Part shown: positions 58,021 to 64,000 of the stretch, piece by piece
How the letters are laid out: every line of letters starts with the position of its first letter
Position numbering within the stretch: position 1 is the stretch's first letter
Virus record (IMG/VR): IMGVR_UViG_3300030060_005695
DNA length: 64,000 nucleotides
Origin: a virus
Strand: one strand, 5' to 3'
Position numbers and translations under genes: made by a program
The notes under the pieces: generated by a model
Databases searched by the model: none
Seen by the model: the letters and a program-made list of their open reading frames with translations, nothing else
What the model was told of the DNA's origin: nothing

Positions 58021-58124
58021 ACAAGGAGGTGGCACACAGGGTCTGATAACTAATAGATTATTTCATAGCTGGTGTAGATTGGGCAGAACTCTAAAGGAGA
58101 AAGGAACCCCCCTCCTTGTTTTTT
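58021..58124 (+). ncRNA. Candidate ~100 nt ncRNA or structured leader
   Basis: ACAAGGAGG/CCTCCTTGT terminal stem, GC-enriched, begins 6 nt after a consensus promoter, followed by T run. Confidence 0.55.
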
Positions 58125-58136
58125 AAAAATTAATAT

Positions 58137-58355
58137 ATGATGGATAACTTTATAAACACAGGTATAGTAAATTCTTACAAGTTAATTGTGGGAGAAAAAA
58201 CAATGGATGAATTGGTGGAAAAATCAAAAATACCAATATTCTTTATCCACCCAGAAGAAAATTACGATAATGAAGATTTGGATACCATGATAGATTATTT
58301 CATATCTACAGAAGAATATGAGAAATGTGCGACATTAACTAAACTAAAGAAATAA
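58137..58355 (+). CDS. Small protein with UVR-like motif
   Basis: MIDYFISTEEYEKCATL. Confidence 0.6.
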   Translation: MMDNFINTGIVNSYKLIVGEKTMDELVEKSKIPIFFIHPEENYDNEDLDTMIDYFISTEEYEKCATLTKLKK

Positions 58356-58485
58356 GTGTGAAAGAGATAGATATACTCCTAGAACGGTGGATACCCGTAA
58401 ATACCATAATAAGAGCTGAAGTACGAGCTGCTATAGTTAAAGAAATAGAAAAACAAAGAAACGAAGAAAGAATAAAAATAAGAAA

Positions 58486-59790
58486 ATGAACGAAAGCAAA
58501 GATTTAAAAAGAATACAAGAATTTGTGGATAAACTAAAAGCCACCAACTCAACTAATGATAAGATTGATATTATTAAAGAGTACAAGGATGACTATCTGA
58601 TTAACCAGGTTTTAAAATACACATATTCACCATTCAAACAATTTCATTTAACTAGTACAACAGTAAAGAAGAATAAAAAATTAGAATCTAAAATAGGTTA
58701 TAATGATTTGTTTTATTTGTTGGACGCATTAAGTAAACGTACGATAACAGGACATGACGCAATCCAGTATACCAAAGGTTATATTGCTGCTATGGAGGAT
58801 TGGCAAAAAGATTTAATATTCTGTATTTTAGATAAAAACTTAAAGACAAGAACGGGAGCGGACCTAATCAACAAAGCAATTCCAAAATGTGTCCCTACTT
58901 TCAAGGTAGCACTAGCTAACTCTTATGATAAACAAAAGGGTAAAGTTGATTTTAATAAACAAACTTGGTTCGCCTCCCAAAAGTTAGACGGTGTAAGATG
59001 TTTAGCGATAGTAGATGAAAATGGTAAATGTAATTTCTATTCAAGACAAGGTAAAACATTTGATACTTTAGATACCCTTAGAAAAGAAATAGAGAGTTTA
59101 GGACTAACTAATGTTGTATTTGATGGTGAGGTATGTATTGTGGATGATAATGGTGTAGAAGACTTCCAAGGGATTATGAAGGAAATTAAAAGAAAAGACC
59201 ACACCATTGAAAATCCTAAATATAAAATATTTGATTATCTTACACTAGAAGAATTTGACACACAAACCAGTACAAGAAATTTAAGTTTAAGATTAAGTAC
59301 TTGTGTTAGACCTAAACTAAATTGTATAGAAATGTTAGAACAATGGAAAGTAGAGTCAGATGAACACTTCCAAGAGTTGGCAGAACTAGCAACTAAAAAT
59401 AACTGGGAAGGTTTAATGTTACGTAAAGATTGTGAGTACAAAGGAAAAAGAAGTAATGACTTATTAAAAGTTAAGAAATTCTTTGATGAAGAATATGTGG
59501 TAAAAGGTGTTGAAGTTGCGGTTCACAGAATTATTGTAGATGGTTTAGAAGTAGAAGAAGAAATGTTAAGTAACGTTATAATAGAACATAAGGGTTGTGA
59601 AGTAAGAGTAGGTTCTGGTTTTGACCATGAAGAAAGAAGAATGTATTATGTTCCTGATTTTCACCCAGACAGTTTAGTCGGAAAAACAATTACAGTACAA
59701 TACTTTGAAGAAACCCTTAACCAGGATGGTTGTCACTCATTAAGATTTCCCGTTGTAAAACATGTGTATGATGGGGAGAGAACTACTTAA
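58486..59790 (+). CDS. ATP-dependent DNA ligase
   Basis: QKLDGVR, FDGE, IFD, EGLMLR, LLKVK, VGSGF, LRFP. Confidence 0.95.
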   Translation: MNESKDLKRIQEFVDKLKATNSTNDKIDIIKEYKDDYLINQVLKYTYSPFKQFHLTSTTVKKNKKLESKIGYNDLFYLLDALSKRTITGHDAIQYTKGYIAAMEDWQKDLIFCILDKNLKTRTGADLINKAIPKCVPTFKVALANSYDKQKGKVDFNKQTWFASQKLDGVRCLAIVDENGKCNFYSRQGKTFDTLDTLRKEIESLGLTNVVFDGEVCIVDDNGVEDFQGIMKEIKRKDHTIENPKYKIFDYLTLEEFDTQTSTRNLSLRLSTCVRPKLNCIEMLEQWKVESDEHFQELAELATKNNWEGLMLRKDCEYKGKRSNDLLKVKKFFDEEYVVKGVEVAVHRIIVDGLEVEEEMLSNVIIEHKGCEVRVGSGFDHEERRMYYVPDFHPDSLVGKTITVQYFEETLNQDGCHSLRFPVVKHVYDGERTT

Positions 59791-60676
59791 AGTTACCCAA
59801 GAAAGGCCACAATTCATCATCAATAAGAACCTTAGTAACCGAAGGTAACAACCAAGGAGAAACGTTTGATAATTTCATACCATTAGTTAACCATAAAAAT
59901 ACTTGTTGATTTTTAAGTGCTGACACCTGAGCTTCACCAAATGTACCAGCTCCAGCTGTACCATCAAAGTTAATGAGATTAGTATCACATACTTGTAACA
60001 TATATAAATCTTGGTGTACAATTTGTTCCCTTATTTTTTCTTGAAATATTTTAAATTCTTCTGGTGTTAATTCGTTAGATTTCCATTTTTTAAACATGTC
60101 TTTAAATTCTGTATCAGCTTCTCTAACAGTTTCTGCTCTCATAGGATTTAAAAGTACTGGTGGAGTCAACCCTTCATAACTTAGTTCCCCTGTTGTTACA
60201 AGAGTAAGTAGTCTTTCATCCTTTACAACATGACTAGGACCATAAAAATCTTCTACCTGAGTCCTCCAAGAAACAGCGTCTTTTGCAAAATCAATTCCCC
60301 CACCAAGATACATAGCCTTAGGGGTGAATATACCAACAGTAGAAGTAGGGTCCATCACATCTAAAATATCAATGGTCTGTTTAATTTCATCCATTGATGC
60401 GTTAATTAAAAAATTAGTTGCTTTATCAGTGATATAACGTTTAACCCACTTTAATAGTTTTCCTATTGTAGTTTTCGCTTTAATTTCTGGTATACCTTTA
60501 TAGGATATTTGTTCGTCTATGTCCGTATATTCTTCTTCAGAATTCATACTAACTGTATCGGTTAAATCATCACGTAGTTTTTGACGAGCATCTAAAGGCA
60601 TCATCAATAGTTCATCTTGAATGTCTGTGATATCTACAACTTCTTCTTTTAAAATTTTTCTAATTAAGTTTTTCAT
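59783..60676 (-). CDS. Nucleoside 2-deoxyribosyltransferase / nucleotide N-hydrolase-like domain with N-terminal extension
   Basis: MYLGGGI...SWR, LLNP, DLYMLQVCD, GAGTFGE (catalytic Glu position). Confidence 0.7.
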   Translation of the reverse strand: MKNLIRKILKEEVVDITDIQDELLMMPLDARQKLRDDLTDTVSMNSEEEYTDIDEQISYKGIPEIKAKTTIGKLLKWVKRYITDKATNFLINASMDEIKQTIDILDVMDPTSTVGIFTPKAMYLGGGIDFAKDAVSWRTQVEDFYGPSHVVKDERLLTLVTTGELSYEGLTPPVLLNPMRAETVREADTEFKDMFKKWKSNELTPEEFKIFQEKIREQIVHQDLYMLQVCDTNLINFDGTAGAGTFGEAQVSALKNQQVFLWLTNGMKLSNVSPWLLPSVTKVLIDDELWPFLGNFK

Positions 60677-61482
60677 TAATAATCTGTATTAGCTTTTTCA
60701 CCTTTCATTATTTCTAATCCTGCAGAAGTACCTATTCGGGAAGCTCCAGCATCAACCATTTTTTCAAGGTCTTCTCTACTATAAATACCCCCAGAAGCTT
60801 TAACTTTTAATGGACCTGCATTTATAGACATTATTGATACGTCATCTACAGTTGCCCCACCAGGACCACCATCTTCAGGTTTATAAAATCCTGTGGAAGT
60901 TTTTACAAAAACATCACTTGCTTTTTGTTCCCCAACTGTTTCTATAACGACATCTCTAATTAAACTTGTTAATTCAGCAACTTGGTCTGAAGTTAACGCT
61001 GCAGACTCTATAATCCATTTCACCACTCTACCCTCATCTATCCCTATAGATGTACCTTCACTAACCTCATTCTTAACTTTATCCAAATCACCATTTTTAA
61101 AAGCATTGTAGTCAACAACAAAATCTAATTCATCAACATTATTGTTAATAGCTTCCATAGCTTCACTTATTTTTTCACTAATACTAGCATCCCCACCAGG
61201 GAAACCAATAACAGTACCAACTAGAAGGTCTGAATCATACTCTTTAATCATTTGGTCAGCTAAACTAACAAACTCAGGTCTTATCATAACTAACTTCATA
61301 TTGTGGTCTATAGCATCTTGAATAGTTTTGGAGACTAATCTAGTAGTCTCATCATCACTAATACCTGCTTGGTCCGAGGTTTTTAAATAAGTAGAGTCTA
61401 TATATTGACCTATATTATCCCCTTCTGTTAGTCTAATTAGTTCTTTAATCCTTCGGATGTCTTCTGTAATCATATCTTTCAT
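60676..61482 (-). CDS. deoC: Deoxyribose-phosphate aldolase with N-terminal leader
   Basis: IDSTYLK, TVIGFP, DELDFV, KWIIES, FVKTSTGF, VKASGGI, RIGTS. Confidence 0.93.
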   Translation of the reverse strand: MKDMITEDIRRIKELIRLTEGDNIGQYIDSTYLKTSDQAGISDDETTRLVSKTIQDAIDHNMKLVMIRPEFVSLADQMIKEYDSDLLVGTVIGFPGGDASISEKISEAMEAINNNVDELDFVVDYNAFKNGDLDKVKNEVSEGTSIGIDEGRVVKWIIESAALTSDQVAELTSLIRDVVIETVGEQKASDVFVKTSTGFYKPEDGGPGGATVDDVSIMSINAGPLKVKASGGIYSREDLEKMVDAGASRIGTSAGLEIMKGEKANTDY

Positions 61483-61544
61483 TATTAATAAATATATTTA
61501 AATCCTTTAATATTATCTAGGACTATTTATAATAAAAAAGAATT

Positions 61545-61703
61545 ATGAAAATCAATTGGATAAACGGTTTCGATGCCGGTAACAAAAAAGAAAAGTATAG
61601 TTTAACCCTAAGATGTGGTACATTAACCCTTCTAGAACTCAAAGTTGATAAAACACAACTTAGGTTTATGTTAGTAAACTTTGGTTTTGAAATTTATTTT
61701 TAA
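61545..61703 (+). CDS. Small hypothetical protein (not in ORF track)
   Basis: 52 aa MKINWINGF...NFGFEIYF after TATTTAT. Confidence 0.55.
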   Translation: MKINWINGFDAGNKKEKYSLTLRCGTLTLLELKVDKTQLRFMLVNFGFEIYF

Positions 61704-61705
61704 AA

Positions 61706-62107
61706 ATGGACAAATATATTTACAGAGGTAAGTTAGAAAGAGTTGTAGATGGAGATACTATTGATGCTCTTATTGATGTTGGTTTTGATATCTGGGTTAA
61801 GAAAAGAATCAGATACAAAGGAATTGATACTTGGGAGTCTAGAACTAGAAATCTAGAGGAAAAAAAATTAGGTTTAGCAGCTAAAGAAAGAAATAGACAG
61901 CTATTAGAAGAAGTAAGTACTAAATCAGGATTTTTTAGATTAAAATCTTACGGTGTTGGAAAGTACGGAAGAGTGTTGGCAGAAATATTTATCATGGATG
62001 AAAATGATAATACTATATCTATAAATAACCAACTTATTGTAGAAGGTCACGCATACATATATGATGGTGGAAAGAAAAAAGTATTAACAGAGGTAAAAAA
62101 TGGCTAA
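61706..62107 (+). CDS. Thermonuclease (SNase-like)
   Basis: RVVDGDTID, RIRYKGIDTWE, GKYGRVLA, LIVEGHA. Confidence 0.92.
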   Translation: MDKYIYRGKLERVVDGDTIDALIDVGFDIWVKKRIRYKGIDTWESRTRNLEEKKLGLAAKERNRQLLEEVSTKSGFFRLKSYGVGKYGRVLAEIFIMDENDNTISINNQLIVEGHAYIYDGGKKKVLTEVKNG

Positions 62108-62453
62108 ACAAACACAAACTGAAATATTAAATGAAGTTTTAATAGAACTACAAGAGATTAAAAGAGGTCTACCTAACGGTGAACTAGCTTTAATGCAAAA
62201 ATCTTTAGAAGATTTAGAGGAAGGACAAAAAGCTTTAAAAAGTGAAATCAGGACAGTTCAAAAAAGACTATTTAATCCAGATAGTGGTGTTATAGTAGAA
62301 GTAAATAAAAATACAGAATTCATGAAAGAAACTCAACCAAAACTAAAGGAGGTAGATAATGTAGTTTCATGGAAAGGGAATGTTACAAAAGCACTCTGGG
62401 TTGTTTATTCCGCAATAATAGGTGTTATCATTAAGTTATTATTTTGGAATTAA
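62100..62453 (+). CDS. Coiled-coil protein with C-terminal TM
   Basis: Heptad N-terminus and hydrophobic tail. Confidence 0.6.
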   Translation: MAKQTQTEILNEVLIELQEIKRGLPNGELALMQKSLEDLEEGQKALKSEIRTVQKRLFNPDSGVIVEVNKNTEFMKETQPKLKEVDNVVSWKGNVTKALWVVYSAIIGVIIKLLFWN

Positions 62454-62699
62454 TAGTTACCATAATCATATCTCTTGTCTTAGGTAAGGCAATTTGTTAT
62501 TTTGCTCACCAGAGAGACTCAAAATAATAACTTGTCAAACCCAATAAAATTTACTATTATTAAAATAAAATTATGAGTGAAAGAAAATTAAATACCACAC
62601 ACCAAACTAACAAAGATTTGTTAGATAAGTCTAAACAAATGATGGAAAGACTTAAAACCACAAAAAAAGAGTACAACCCAGCACCTAAAGAATCTAAAA

Positions 62700-63002
62700 A
62701 TGGAAAGGTACAAAAATAAGTGGTTTAGACTTACACTAGAAAAAGACCTAAAAACTCAAGACTTAGGTGTAAACGTACATTGTAAAGAAGATGGTATATA
62801 TTTAACAGTTCCACCCTACCCACCTACCGGAGACAAATTTACAGATGATTACGCAAAAGAAAGTTTAAGGGAAGACCATGACACCAAAAGGTTAGTAGAT
62901 AGAGTAAAAAACTTAGTTAAAGACTATGAAATTAATGTAGATATAGAAAAAGCTCTTTATGGTGATAATATTAAAATAAAACTTAAAGTAGAAAATGCTT
63001 GA
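62700..63002 (+). CDS. Hypothetical protein
   Basis: 100 aa ORF. Confidence 0.55.
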   Translation: MERYKNKWFRLTLEKDLKTQDLGVNVHCKEDGIYLTVPPYPPTGDKFTDDYAKESLREDHDTKRLVDRVKNLVKDYEINVDIEKALYGDNIKIKLKVENA

Positions 63003-63213
63003 ACAAATTAAACTAACATTATTAACTTGGGGGATTATCTTTATGATGATTCTAATGTTTATAACCTTTAGTCTTTGGTCTCTCTTTTCTATTTGGTGGT
63101 TGATAACCAACAATATGATAGATAGGAATTTATTTGTAATCTTATCTTTTTCTTCCTCATTTATTCTATCCCTCATCCTGGTATTACTTAGTATAGTATC
63201 TAAAGAAAAATAA
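62995..63213 (+). CDS. Small two-TM membrane protein
   Basis: Highly hydrophobic 72 aa. Confidence 0.5.
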   Translation: MLEQIKLTLLTWGIIFMMILMFITFSLWSLFSIWWLITNNMIDRNLFVILSFSSSFILSLILVLLSIVSKEK

Positions 63214-63226
63214 AATCACTCCCTTC

Positions 63227-63257
63227 TTGTTTATTTAATTATAATTGTTTATCTTTG
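63227..63257 (+). promoter_or_regulatory. Bacteroidota sigmaA-type promoter
   Basis: TTG-N20-TATCTTTG. Confidence 0.6.
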
Positions 63258-63288
63258 TGGTACAAATTTAATCTAATATATAAAATAA

Positions 63289-64000
63289 ATGAAAAATAAC
63301 AATTCACTCACAAGAACCGAACTACTAGAATTAGTCCCATCCGCTTTCGCAAGTCAACAATCCCCAAAAGTTTCTAACAAGTACACTTTTATCTCTACTG
63401 CAACAGTATTAGATGATATGGAAAAATTAGGTTGGGAACCATTTAACGCATCACAAAGAAAATCTAGAAAAAGTCAAGATGCTATGTTTACAAAACATAT
63501 GATAAGATTACGTAATGGCGATGTGGGTAAAATAGGAGACTCAATTCCAGAAGTAGTATTAACAAACTCACACGATGGTAGAAATGCTTTTACACTACAC
63601 GCGGGACTCTTTAGAATGGTATGTTCTAATGGATTGGTTATTGCGGACACTACGTTTGAACAGGTAAAAATTAAACACCAATGGTATAGTTTTGATGAAA
63701 TTAGAAAAATTATGGATGGTATGTTAGAAGTGGTACCTAAAGTTATCACACAAGTACAAGAATTAAACTCAGTAACTTTAAGTGATGACCAACAGATAGA
63801 TTTCGCTTCACAAGCTTTACTTACACGTTACCCAAAAGGTAATGAAAATTTAAACGTAGAAGATTTATTATCCCCAATAAGACAAGGAGATAGAGGTGAC
63901 CAACTATGGAAAATATTTAATGTAGTCCAAGAAAAACTTATAAAAGGTGGCTTAGTATTTAATGACAAAAAAGAAAAAATGCAAAAACTAAGACCAATCG
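63289..64000 (+). CDS. DUF932/DUF945 family protein (3' truncated; not in ORF track)
   Basis: Translated by hand: VPSAFA...SNKYTFIST...FTKHMIRLR...PEVVLTNSHDG...AGLFRMVCSNGL. Confidence 0.85.
   Translation, partial: MKNNNSLTRTELLELVPSAFASQQSPKVSNKYTFISTATVLDDMEKLGWEPFNASQRKSRKSQDAMFTKHMIRLRNGDVGKIGDSIPEVVLTNSHDGRNAFTLHAGLFRMVCSNGLVIADTTFEQVKIKHQWYSFDEIRKIMDGMLEVVPKVITQVQELNSVTLSDDQQIDFASQALLTRYPKGNENLNVEDLLSPIRQGDRGDQLWKIFNVVQEKLIKGGLVFNDKKEKMQKLRPI

Noticed and set aside
58041-58105. Hammerhead ribozyme (CTGATAA ... GAAA)
   Set aside because: Core deviates from CUGANGA and I could not build stems II and III
16723-59790. Introns or inteins in primase, SbcC or ligase
   Set aside because: Lengths and motif spacing are normal; no intein termini or homing-endonuclease motifs seen
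62470-62520. Imperfect hairpin TCTCT...GCAA...TTGC...AGAGA
   Set aside because: Helices are short and interrupted, with no supporting promoter; not distinguishable from chance or a terminator
4171-63749. Many short antisense or nested ORFs in the track (e.g. 4171, 17262, 25214, 28423, 31973, 48015, 53306, 63474)
   Set aside because: They lie within or opposite longer genes with recognisable motifs and have shadow-frame composition
1-64000. Stop-codon reassignment (TAG or TGA), as in some large Bacteroidota phages
   Set aside because: Recognisable genes are full length in code 11 and several end properly at TAG (dnaJ, glnII, 55885)
1-64000. CRISPR array or cas locus
   Set aside because: No regularly spaced repeats seen; the Cas4-like nuclease at 17639 is a typical stand-alone phage exonuclease next to primase

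Overview
AT-rich, gene-dense, almost entirely plus-strand 64 kb segment of a large (jumbo-type) tailed dsDNA phage genome, read in the standard genetic code. The host is very likely Bacteroidota (probably Flavobacteriia). This rests on repeated TTTG-N19/20-TAnnTTTG promoters, a Bacteroidota-type RpoD sigma factor, an Hc1-like histone, GlnII, and proteins carrying T9SS C-terminal sorting domains. Layout: 1-16 kb baseplate/tail-type structural genes; 16-28 kb replication/recombination genes (RuvC-like, primase, PD-(D/E)XK nuclease, SbcD, SbcC, sigma70) with a DegT+GT2 insert; 28-33 kb membrane/amidase and head-associated genes; 33-64 kb accessory region (DnaJ, DruA/DUF4338-like, HAD, cyclophilin, CysK, SleB-like, DHH, GlnII, 3'-5' exonuclease, LRR, TROVE/DUF2828, T9SS cargo cassette, UvsE, DNA ligase, NDT-like + DeoC, thermonuclease, DUF932). 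Best candidates for undescribed systems: (1) a Ro60-like TROVE-vWA gene with an atypical tRNA-Gly-like RNA upstream and two motif-sharing structured RNAs downstream, one with a pseudoknot; (2) a four-gene cassette of phage-encoded secreted proteins, two with T9SS sorting domains and two sharing a PxTxxIxHY C-terminal tag; (3) unrelated enzymes sharing a TATTTAT promoter and an N-terminal [LIV]-x-E leader, suggesting packaging into the capsid, including an NDT-like + DeoC deoxynucleotide catabolic pair. All family calls come from motif recognition by eye; no database search was run.
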